Below the pieces are notes generated by a model. It did not search any database. It saw only the letters and a list, made by a program, of their open reading frames with translations, and was not told the origin of the DNA. The translations under genes and the position numbers were made by a program. 64,000 bases of DNA, from positions 124,001 through 188,000 of the forward strand of contig NIVC01000735.1 of assembly GCA_002269645.1 (NCBI GenBank). Reading direction: 5' to 3'. The stretch's first letter is position 1, and the number at the start of each line of letters is the position of its first letter. The DNA is from Macrostomum lignano. Lineage: Eukaryota. Of the stretch, positions 47,682 to 59,400 are shown piece by piece.

Positions 47682-50600
47682 ATGGTTCGCATTCGAAGAA
47701 ACAATTCTGCGCCAAGTGGCCAACGCGGACGCTTGTTTTCTTCGCGCATGAACATCTGGCGCGCTTGTCTGCCCCTCGACGGCGTCGCTCGCTTTATCGA
47801 GGAGAGCCTCATCGATCGAGAACGCGGCCAGCGCCTGCCAGCCAGTGCTCAGCAGCTGCTGCTGCTCGGCATGCGCTACGGGCGGCCGGACCCCGATATA
47901 AGATTTGGCGCTGTTGTTGCGGACATCCGGCGCTTCATTTGCGACGCCTATCAAAACGAGCGCCGCAGTCAGCGCCTGTCCGACCGGCACTCACTGCCAG
48001 ACTCGGACTCGTCCACTGTCAAGATCGATGCTGGGACAACGGTGGTCTGCGTGGCTTGGCTGGCGGCGCCGCCGCGCTCCACCCACCAGCGCCTGGCGCT
48101 GTGCACAGAGAGCGAGGAGGGCCCAGAGCCCCGCAGCGGCATCCAGGTGTGGCGCCTTCTGCCCGGTATCGGCACTGTCGGCCTCCCCTTGCGTCTCACA
48201 CACCGCTTCGGTCGCGTCAGTAGTGCTAAGGCGTTGCCTGGCAACGAGAGCCGCCTTGCACTCGCCTGCGATGATGGCTCTATCCGCGTCATGGTGCTCC
48301 ACGAAGCCAGGAAGGCGCCTGAGCTGCAGCTTCGCCTGCCAGACTCCAGCTGCTCCGCCACCGCGCTTGACACTTGCGTCTGCAGGCCGGACCTGCTGGC
48401 TGCCGGTTTCTCCGATGGCAGGTGCGCCGTCTGGCGCCTCAGTAGTTCGACGTCCAGTTCTGATGCAGCCGCCGCTGCCGACCAGTCCGGGTGTCTTCAG
48501 CCTTGGAAGGCCTGGCGAATCGACAGTCCCGCCGCGGCTGTCGACGACATTCGCCTGCATCCGCTAGGCCCGCCGAATGCCTTGCTGGCCGTGGCCGCCG
48601 GTCGCCGCATCTACGTGTTTTGCATTGGCATGAAGACTGGCAACATCCTCACGCCTGCCGCGCTGTCTCTCAATAACTCTGTGGCCAATGTTGCCTGGGC
48701 GCTGCGTTACGACACAGCCCAGCTTGCTGTGGTCTCCTCCGGCGAGGGCACTCGCCTGGACTGCAGCCCGCTGCACGGCGCTTTCGCCTGCGCCAGCAGC
48801 AGCTCCGTCAGCCTCCTCACCATCCAGCAGGTCTGCGCGGAGCCCGCCACCCCGGCGGACGCCAACTCGGATTCGTCGGACGCCCGGCTGTCCGTAGTGC
48901 ACCAGCGCCAGCTGCTGTCCATAGGCAATGGCGATGAAAAAATTCGCTACCTGGCCTGGAACGTCAACTTGGGCGCCGAGCACCTGCTGGCCCTCGGCTG
49001 TCGCGGCGGCCTCGTGCGCGTCGAATCTGTTCACGGTCTCGAACGGCCAGCCGAACCCCTGACTGTAAATTACTCTTCTGATGAGCTGGAAGAGTCCGAT
49101 TCCGAGGTGAGTCTTTGGAGTCCTGTCATAGAAGGGCTGTTGCAGTGCTTTTGTTGGCTGAAACACGTTTAACTGAATTTTAACTGTCCGCACAGGAGGC
49201 CGATCCCGACATTGACGAGCAGCCGCCTGCTGCGAATGCTTCTCCGCGTTCCGTGGCCTCAATGGCCGCTTTAACTGCCGTCGCCGAGGCAGCCGGCAAC
49301 TGTGCAGGTTTAGGCGAGGATTCATCTCCAGTCGGCAATGCAGCTGCTGATGGTGGCGTTGCCGCTCTTGTAAATAATCCAACTGCGTCTGATGGTACTG
49401 CAGCCGTGCTTGGTAACAATCCAGCTGCTTCTGATGGTGCTGCAGCCGTGCTTGGTAACAATCCAGCTGCTTCTGATGGTGCTGCAGCCGTGCTTGGTAA
49501 CAATCCAGCTGCTTCTGATGGTGCTGCAGCCGTGCTTGGTAACAATCCAGCTGCTTCTGATGGTGCTGCAGCCGTGCTTGGTAACAATCCAGCTGCTTCT
49601 GATGGTGCTGCAGCCGTACTTGGTAACAGTCTAGCTGCTGCTTCTGTTTGCGGTCCAAGCAATCAAAACGCATGCACCAAATCCACTCTTAGAGCCAACG
49701 CAGCTGCTCCGACCGGCGTTTCATCCTCTCGTTGCGATGAGGCAATTGCTGTTGCTCTTTGCAACAATTCAGAGGATCTTGTAAATGATTCCATGGCCGG
49801 TGATGACACAGCTGATATGGCTGATGACACAGCTAATATGGCTGACGACACCGCTGATTTAGCTAATGACAAAGCTAATATGGCTGACGACACCGCTGAT
49901 TTAGCTAATGACACAGCTAATATGGCTGACGACACCGCTGATTTAGCTAATGACACAGCTAATATGGCCGACGACACCGCTGATTTAGCTAATGACACAG
50001 CTAATATGGCTGACGACACCGCTGATTTAGCTAATGACACAGCTGATATGGCTGATTCGAATGCAGCCTCCGCCGGCCCGAAACCATCTGAGTGGAAGAA
50101 TTCTCAGCCAAATCACTCTAAAAAGCGGCCTTCAGCGAAAAGCAAACCAAAGCAATCTTTTCTGTCTGACTCCACGAAGCAGCATTCGGAAAATAAAGGA
50201 TTGTTATCAAAGAAGTTAAGGTCAGAAGTTAAAGCATTGACTCGTACATCCGACTCTTCAGGGCAATCCACAACAGACATGAACTCTTCGAAGCAGCGGG
50301 AGACTAAATCTCCTCAACAGGCTGACAAAAAGCGGCCTGGGGCAGAAAAGAAAGTAAAATTTGACTTGCAGTCAAAAGCCAAGTCAGCTCGCCCATCTGA
50401 CGCCAAGAAGCAGCCTGCAGCAGATAGAGATGCGGCCAAGATGTCAGAAGCCAGGTCAGCTCGTCCATCTGACGCCAAGAAGCGGCCTGCAGCAGATAGA
50501 GATGCGGCCAAGATGTCAGAAGCCAGGTCAGCTCGTCCATCTGACGCCAAGAAGCGGCCTGCAGCAGATAGAGATGCGGCCAAGATGTCAGAAGCCAGGT

Positions 50601-51130
50601 CAGCTCGTCCATCTGACGCCAAGAAGCGGCCTGCAGCAGATAGAGATGCGGCTAAGATGTCAGAAGCCAGGTCAGCTCGTCCATCTGACGCCAAGAAGCG
50701 GCCTGCAGCAGATAAAGATAGAGCTAAGAGCCAAAGCACATCGGCCAAGCGGGCGAAGGAGAACCTTCCTCCGACGGCGTTAAAGGGTAATAAAAACAAG
50801 ACACCCCAGGCCGGACCAGCGGTGATGAAGGAAGTAGAAAGTATAATCGAAATACGCTGGATGGATCCGAACTTCGAGCGCGTGAAGGACTTCATAGGCC
50901 GCGCCCGCTTCATCTCGGCTCCGCAGGTCGGGCACATACAGGCCGCCCGGTGGCCGTATGCGACCAGCGACCGGGCCTATCCAGCCCTCGTCATCAAAGC
51001 GCCGGGTTTTTCCTTCTATAAAAAAGCTTTTGCCGAAGCTATTGACGATTTTACAACCGAAAAGGTGCCTTCGAACGTGTGGAAGTCAAAGTTCAAGAAA
51101 GCGGCCCTAGCCAAAATGAATCGAATTTAA
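47682..51130 (+). CDS. GTF3C2: WD40 protein, GTF3C2 (TFIIIC beta-propeller subunit)-like, with repeat-rich C-terminal extension; exons 47682-49106 and 49196-51130
   Basis: IQVWRL, RLALACDDGSIRV, LLAAGFSDGRCAVWRL, and the terminal blade IRYLAWNVNLGAEHLLALGCRGGLVRVESVHGL resembling the GTF3C2 end (H.V.++PN....WL.SGG..GLVRI...GL). A phase-0 intron GAG|GTGAGT...CACAG|GAG joins in frame to ORF 49253-51130. The 5' end is uncertain. Confidence 0.6.
49365..50720 (+). repeat. Three coding tandem arrays: 42-bp (AASDGAAAVLGNNP x~6), 42-bp (ANMADDTADLANDT x~6), 72-bp (ARSARPSDAKKRPAADRDAAKMSE x~4.5)
   Basis: Visible in DNA and protein; all unit lengths are multiples of 3. Confidence 0.93.
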
Positions 51131-52337
51131 CAAGTGAGATTTGCTGCTTCCTTAGACAGCTGCAACGTGCAACTGACAATTTTCTCTCCTCTTTTACCCC
51201 CTTTCTCTCTACGATGCAATATTTACAGCATTTTCAAGTGTCACATTTTCTGTCTTTTTAACTTTTATTCAACTTCATTGTTTCATAGAATACTTCATAC
51301 TTTGGACCATTCTATTTTGTAAACTTTTTAGCAAGCTTATTACAGCCAAAAATAGCAGTAATATTTACTTGTTTGTCATTTTCGTAGCTAAATTGGAAAA
51401 TTAAATTTTACTCACGAGCTCAAACGTTTTCTCCTATTTTCTATTAGTAAAAACTTTCGAGATTGGAAATTTGGCAACTTCAGGTCGTCTATTATATTCA
51501 ACTAGGCTCAATTATTGAGCTCGATTTGAGCATTTTGTTTTGTTAACCCTTGATTATTAGTGTAGTCATCTTGCCACACCTTGGCCCGCTAGTTCTGCAG
51601 TGCAACTTTTTCTTGCAACCATTAATCTCTTGCTGACGAATTATAAAAACAATATTTTTACAAGCATTATCTTTTCGCTCGAAATCGAGCTAAAGCCGCC
51701 ATCTTTGTGAAACTTTTCGTTTATTGAATCAAATATCTCTCGCTCTTCGCTTTTACTTTCTGTCTTTTTGTCATTTTTACGGAGCATTCCTTTCCGCCTG
51801 GCAGCCAGTGGGCCCCCAGCCGCCGTCTCCGCAATCAATGGGGTGCTGAAATCAAGCTGAATGGGAGCCAAGTTAATTGTGGGATGCAATTCATTTTGGG
51901 ATATGTTCGTACAGGTAAATACCAGTAGGCGGGTGGCGGACGCAGCTAGACATGCAATCCTATTGAGCCGAATCTCCAAGGCAGAAAAAATGCTACCTTT
52001 CTACACTGCACCTCAGCTGCGTGCGGCTCCGCCACTACCAGCCACGGCGCCCCCAACCCTCGCTTCCCATTCCGCTTCGATCAATAAAACGAAATCCCGC
52101 CCTCTGGTCCCGCTGCATCGCTGCCAGCTGTACGCCCTGCACAATCGAGCCAGAGGCCCACCTCTTGTTTTCTGCTTCCATCGTTTTCATCCCAGCTTCC
52201 GCCTCTGGGTTATTCACCGGTGTTTTTGTTGTCCGCCCATTCCAAGTCTCTCCCAGACCTCAGCTGCAGAACAGACACCTCGATCTTAGCTAGTTGGCGC
52301 GTCAGGATTGGAAGACATTTTTGGGCTGCGGCCTCCC

Positions 52338-52703
52338 CTATTTTTCCCCATCGCCCCCACCATTCGAACCCGAACAGTATTCTGCTGTAGTACGACTTCC
52401 TCGGAGGTTCCTACCCCAGTCTGGGCTGTATTGATTTGTGACTAATATGGCAGGCAAGGCATCTGTTCCTGGAGCGATGTACGCGGTCTCGGCCTCCATG
52501 TAAACTACCGTCTTGCCAAAAATTCTCGCTACCTCTTGCTCCATCTTAACCCTGCGATCGCGGTTCTGCACTTGGGCGCTCTTCCTGCAACTGCTTTTTA
52601 TCTTCTCCGGCTCTGAGTAAGTTTCTCTCATTAAATTCTGTAAGAGCACAATATATTGACTGCCTAGACGCACTTGCATTTTTTCGCCGTACAGGGCATC
52701 CAT
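52338..52703 (-). other. Uncharacterised 121-aa ORF / possible exon(s)
   Basis: Non-repetitive, protein-like stretch MEQEVARIFGKTVVYMEAETAYIAPGTDALPAILVTNQYSPDW with a plausible CAG acceptor and GGG|GTAGG donor; no family recognised. Confidence 0.25.
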
Positions 52704-53400
52704 TTTTAAACAAGTTCATAATATAACTCAATTAATAGCCACAACAAAAAAATGAACTCGCTGATTCTTAAGTAATTTAATTGTTGAAGACTCCATTTAA
52801 AAACATTGAGCTAGCTTCCTGCTCAAAAAACATTGAGCAGCCCAACGCAGCTCATGCTTCCTAGCTTGAGCTGCCTTGATCTGCGTTTTATTAAAACATC
52901 TACACGCAAGAAATTACAAGTAAAAATACGTATGGTGTTCGCATCAGGCCGGCGGGCTGCTGGCCTAGAATAGTCAAATATTATACGTGACTAAATTCTG
53001 AGTCACTCTCCAACCAGGCAGTATCATGCCGTTATACTAAAAGTGGCAATGCCAAGAATGCAGCGGATTTTGATTTTGTATAGAAGTATACGAGCTACAA
53101 TAATGTATGTGTATAAGTAGTAACAAGAAGCTTTACGACAGTTTCAGACAAAAAGACATACCTTACGACTCGATCTTTACTGTTAGATCGAACGATTTCG
53201 CTGCGACAACTTGAGAATTATATTTCCTGCTGGCCGCGATATCTATTAAAAAAGCGTTATAAATAGTAAAACTTGCAGCAACTAACACCCAAACACTAAA
53301 AAAACAAACAAATAGTTTTAAAGTTTTTAATTTCTTTTACTTTTGCCTTCATGCCTGTTGTGAAATTATTTGTTTTGTTTTAAACAGACTACTTCCTGCA

Positions 53401-56400
53401 ATGGAGGGCGATTATAATTACTACGATTATGACTACGACGATGGTTACATTGATGAGGACGAGGAAGAAATGCCGGCAACAGAGAAAGAACTTGCTGACG
53501 ATGCTCAGTGGAAAATCATCCAGAAGAACACATTTACCAGGTGGGCCAATGAGCATCTGAAGCAGGCTGGCAAGCAACTTGCAGATTTGCAGTATGATTT
53601 ATCAGATGGACTGCGCCTTATAGCTTTGGTCGAAGTCCTTGCTGGTCACAAGTTTCGACATGTCAACAAGCGCCCAAACTTTCGAACTCAAAAATTGGAG
53701 AATGTTACAATGACTCTGAAATTTCTGGAAGAGGAAGAAGGCATCCGTCTTGTTAATATCGGTATGTACTATGTTTTAAAAATTTAATGCCAATGGAATT
53801 TTCTGTAACAAATATGTAAATAAAAGTGTTAAAATGTTTTGAAATTTGCTTTATTTTTTATCAATTTGAAATACACACATGTTCATAATAATGGTCGCTT
53901 GTATTTAAATTTGTAGATATACTTAGGCCTTAAAGATGTTAGGTTAAATCACTAATTTAAATATTAAACCTTTATTTAGACATAGTTATAAATATAGTAT
54001 ACCCATGACATATATTTATATATATATATATATTATTAAGAAATATATATTGTGTATATGATTTTTTTACCAGACTCATCTAGATTAAGCATTTTACCAT
54101 TATTTAATTATTTATTCACTTCTAATAAATTTAAATCTTGATTGATCAATAATTGTCTAATAATAATATAAAACAATTGATTTATATATTTATAGCATAT
54201 GATATAGGTATATAGACAGTATATATGAGCTATTTATTTGTTTTATGTTTAGCTTAATTTATTATAAGTATTCATTTCTAGTATAATTGATTTATATTTT
54301 TATTAAATTGTTATAGTATTTGTCATCTCCTAGCATTTGGCTTATACTATAATTTTAAGTTTAATGATTATTAAGACTTTTAAGACTTTAAGTGATAAAA
54401 ACTTATAATGTCATTTGATAAATTTCTTTATTATTTTCTTCTTAATGTAGCTTACTTTTTTATATTTACTGATAAAACTTTCCCTCTTTAGAATAATATA
54501 TTTTGCTTTCTTTTTTAATATTCTAGATAGCTCAGACATTGTGGACTGCAAGCTAAAGCTCATCTTAGGTCTAATATGGACTTTGATCCTGCACTACTCA
54601 ATCTCAATGCCCATGTGGGAAGGCGAGGAGGAACTCCCACAGGTAAGTTTTTATCTTGGTATTATTTTCCTATTTGGGTGTATTGAATTTATCAGTTCAC
54701 TAAATATATAAACCATTGGTTGATAGAATGACTTTCACATTTGTCATTATGATCATCTATACTCCAAGGAAATTTGGTCTATACTCTGTTTAAAGGCATA
54801 TAGTAAGGTGTGCTCACGTTTTGCCTGTTTTTTTTTAAGTGCTCATACCCAGTTTTCAAAGTTATTAATTTGGTTTAGCAGCATTTTAACCTGCATGAGA
54901 TCAACCCAATTGCATTGATGCAGGGCTACCAGTACTTGTACCCTGACCCACCAGAAGAGGTGGTGTTTGTGTACAAGGGCTCTCAGGTTGGTATTTACTG
55001 ATATTAATTTCCTCCACCTTGCCCTCCCTGTTTTGCTGTCTGAAGCTGTCACAGCAACTGTTTGTCTCATTTTTCCCTATTCTGAACAAGTTGCTGCGAC
55101 AGCCAGCAGTGTCTATCCTGATTATTTCAGATTAGCCGCACTTTGTGTTATTTGATACTCAATATTTATTTTGTTAAACTAATGTTATAGTTTGCTCAAT
55201 ATCTAACTTTTGACATCAGCGCCCATCTCTGTTATTATGTTCTCTGTGGGGTCGGGCGCATTGACCAGCTTTGTTTGGCACCAAATGAGGGTCTAAAAGT
55301 GCAGCCGTGTTCGTGACCGCTTGAGAGGTCTCTTCTGCAGCTGTTAGTGCAGCTCAGCAGGTCATCTCTGTGCCAGATAACTGGCGGAGTTAATCGGCTC
55401 AGGCTGGATGTATCAGGCGGGAACAGCTGCAATTTTGCCAATATTTCACTGTTTGAAACTGCCCCATTACGCACGCGAACTGGCGGGTGATTCCGGGCCG
55501 TGCGCCCAGATCCAAGTGTTGAAGGGCGGCTGACTCACTGCTCGGAGCGGCCGGGCAGGGTTGGGTATTTCAGGATTGGGGACGGGAAGTGAGTTGCGGG
55601 GAAATCCCCTTTGCCATTGCCCTCCCCCCTGCCCCAACAATTGACGTGGCCGAGCGCAGGAAGGGTGGCGCTACGGGAGGCCAGAACGTGGACTCGCCAG
55701 TGCCTTGAGTTTATCTAATCTATAATGTCATTTCTGTAGATTTTAATATCACTGAGATCGTTACTGATTGATAGCTTGCGTCATTTTTTTCTATTTCCTG
55801 TCATTCGTTTCAACTTTCCCTGTCTCCAATAGCATGCTGTCGTGTCTTGTCTCTGAACTTTTTAGCAGTCATTTTTGTTTATTCGCATTGAAAATATTGA
55901 CACCAAACAATAACCAACTTTCGACACTTTGCGCGCGAATTTAAAACTTCGCCCGTCAAGGACGATCATGATGCTGTTTCTGCTGCCGCCGCCGTCCAAG
56001 ACGGCCGGCCAGACGCCGCGGGAGGCGCCGCGCCTGGCGACCTGGTGCCGGTTTGTAGCCGCCGTCTGCTTCGTGTTTTTCATCTGTCTGAATCTCTTTG
56101 TTCTCCTGTTGCCTCGCGTGTTTAACTAATTGTTGATCGCTTTTCTATAAAGCCTGTTGATTTTAAAGTACTCGTTGCACTTTTCCAATCTTATTGATCA
56201 GACGGTCTATGGCCCCCTTTTTGATTTCTGGCATGCACGGCAACTGCTGGCCCCGGTGTGGGCGGGGCCCGACCGGGCCTGCAGCTAATACTTACCTTTA
56301 CTCTACTTTATTAGCTCATAGAAGTGCAGGTAGAAAACTGTTATAATGGTGCCGTGATCTCCCTGCGAAATTTGGCCGACCAACATCCGTGATTCTGGCA

Positions 56401-59400
56401 ACAGATTTTTGCAATGTTAGGCTTCCGGCACACGGCCAACCGCACTGAGCATCAGCGGGTGGGGGTCGCCTGTCCCCGAAAGGTCAGTCGTTCCCGGCAG
56501 CCTCCCTAGATAGCCTTGGGATTTGGGATTCCAGCTGAGGGGGAGCCGGGCGAAGCAGCTGCCCTCCCGGCCTGGGTGATTTTTTTACAGATGATGGCGC
56601 GGCTGTGCCGCTCTGCCGTCCCCGCCTCGATTCCCTTCCCAAATCCCCTGTGTGCTGTTAGGGCCCCAATGCACACTTTTATCCTAGCGCCCGCTGATAT
56701 CTATCTGCTAATCTCCGATCTGCTTTCAATTTCATAGACTTTTGCTGTATCCGAATGCTATGGACAGAGTTAACCTTTATTGAACCCTATTAATGTTGAC
56801 GATCTGTCCGAGAGCCGCTATGCAGTGTCTATGGCTGCACCTGCCCCCGTCCGGTGTCTCCAGCCAATTACCGCCCACTCAACTGCTTCCCCAAATTTCA
56901 GGCAAAAAAGCGGAGATCAATTGTGGTAAAGCATTTAAGTGTTTCTCTTTCTGGCTAGACGCCTAGCATATAATTAATAATAATTTGCATTGTATCTAAC
57001 AGCCACTGCTAATTTGTGTAACGCTGCAGCTTAAATATTTGTAACTTATTTTAATCTCAAATATCCCTGTCTATTCAGTTCGTTTTTTTAGGCCGTATGA
57101 ATAAACTGAGCAAATGCTCAGACTGAAGCAAATGCACAGGTCAGTAAGAATAAGCTGAGCTCTTACTCTGGAGTAAATTCTCCAGAGTATTTTCTCAGAT
57201 TCCTGAGAAAGTTCTCGGCTGCAGAGCAGCTCTCGACTCCAGTCAGTAAGAATAAAAACATGGTCATAGACAAAAGAGCAGCGCATTTTGCTCAAAAAAC
57301 GTTGAGGCAGCTCTAAAGCTGACTCAGCCGGTAAAAGCCACTGTGCTTCAATTTTTTCTCTTGTAAAAATCTCTTGCTATTCCTTTAATCAGGCCCTTCT
57401 TTTCACATGGAAGTCCTAGTCTATGGTCAAGATTCAAGTGAACTCAAGCCTAAAGCAGCCAGGCTGCTGCTCAAGCGGCTGAGCAATTACTCTAAGTCTG
57501 AGTTTGTTGTTTATTCATACTGAATTGTTGCATTTGCTCGGACTCAGAGCATTTACTCAGCCAGAGTGCGAGCATCAGAGTGCGAGCATTTGCTCAAGAG
57601 CATTTGCTCAGTTTATTCATACGGAAAAATGTTTAGTAAATTTAGCTTAATTTTGTAACACCTGGCCCGCTGTGTCGCAGACCAAACTGACAGGACACAC
57701 CCCAGTTTTGCGTTGAAAAAATGAGCTTAATCACCCCAAAACTGTGCCATTATTGATGCCAGTTATAAACTGTCAGTGGCTCCTATTTCTGTTGCCCCCT
57801 CAGTTCCGCAGCCCCATAGCAGCAATAATTTTTAAACCGTAATAAAGTGCTCAGAACTTTTTATTTTAATTGAATCAAATTAAAGATTCATTAACTTTCA
57901 TTATGCGCGATTAACAAATTCGTTTAAAACAGTTTCCTCGGCAACTTTGTTTAGTTTGCATTGTTTTTTCTTGTCGTGGACCCCTTGGCAAAGTAGCTGG
58001 ACTGGCTCGCTTCCAGTCCAGCCTGCTTGTTAAGGCGTCCATGCCGCTATCGATGATGTCGGAGCGCCGCTTCAGCCGCCTCTCCCCCGCCCTCCGCCTG
58101 AAGGACGGCAAAGGCCCGTCGCCGCGGCAGCGCCTGCTCGGCTGGATCAACTCCAAGATGCCGGACAAGCCCATCAACAACTTCACTACCGACTGGAACG
58201 ACGGCATCGCCATCGGCGCCCTTGTCGACGCCTGCGCGCCCGGCCTGTGCCCCGACTGGGACGTCTGGGACCCGAAGCGGCCGCTGGAGAACTGCACGGA
58301 GGCCATGGACGCCGCCGAGCAGTGGATGGAGGTGCCGCAGCTCATCCGGCCCGAGGAGATGATCAACCCGCGCGTGGACGAGAAGGCCATGATGACCTAT
58401 TTGTCGCAGTTCCCCAACGCCAAGCTCAAGCCGGGTGCACCGCTCCGGCCGAAGACAAACCCGGCCAGAGTGCGGGCCTATGGACCGGGTATGTCTGGCG
58501 AAGCTTTGCTCAGAAATTCCGCTGTTTTTGTTGGGAATTAAAGGGCTAGCAGCTCTCACTGCAGGCATTGGGGTGAGGCTAGCAGCTCTCACTGCAGGCA
58601 TTGGGGTGAGGCTAGCAGCTCTCACTGCAGGCATTGGGGTGAGGCTAGCAGCTCTCACTGCAGGCATTGGGGTGAGGCTAGCAGCTCTCACTGCAGGCAT
58701 TGGGATGAGGCTAGCAGCTCTCACTGCAGGCATTGGGGTGAGGCTAGCAGCTCTCACTGCAGGCATTGGGGTGAGGCTAGCAGCTCTCACTGCAGGCATT
58801 GGGGTGAGGCTAGCAGCTCTCACTGCAGGCATTGGGGTGAGGCTAGCAGCTCTCACTGCAGGCATTGGGGTGAGGCTAGCAGCTCTCACTGCAGGCATTG
58901 GGGTGAGGCTAGCAGCTCTCACTGCAGGCATTGGGGTGAGGCTAGCAGCTCTCACTGCAGGCATTGGGGTGAGGCTAGCAGCTCTCACTGCAGGCATTGG
59001 GGTGAGGCTAGCAGCTCTCACTGCAGGCATTGGGGTGAGGCTAGCAGCTCTCACTGCAGGCATTGGGGTGAGGCTAGCAGCTCTCACTGCAGGCATTGGG
59101 GTGAGGCTAGCAGCTCTCACTGCAGGCATTGGGGTGAGGCTAGCAGCTCTCACTGCAGGCATTGGGGTGAGGCTAGCAGCTCTCACTGCGGGAATTGTGA
59201 GGCTAGCAGCTCTCACTGCAGGCATTGGGATGAGGCTAGCAGCTCTCACTGCAGGCATTGGGGTGAGGCTAGCAGCTCTCACTGCAGGCATTGGGGTGAG
59301 GCTAGAAGCTCTCACTGCAGGCATTGGGGTGAGGCTAGCAGCTCTCACTGCAGGCATTGGGGTGAGGCTAGCAGCTCTCGCTGCGGGAATTGTGAGGCTA

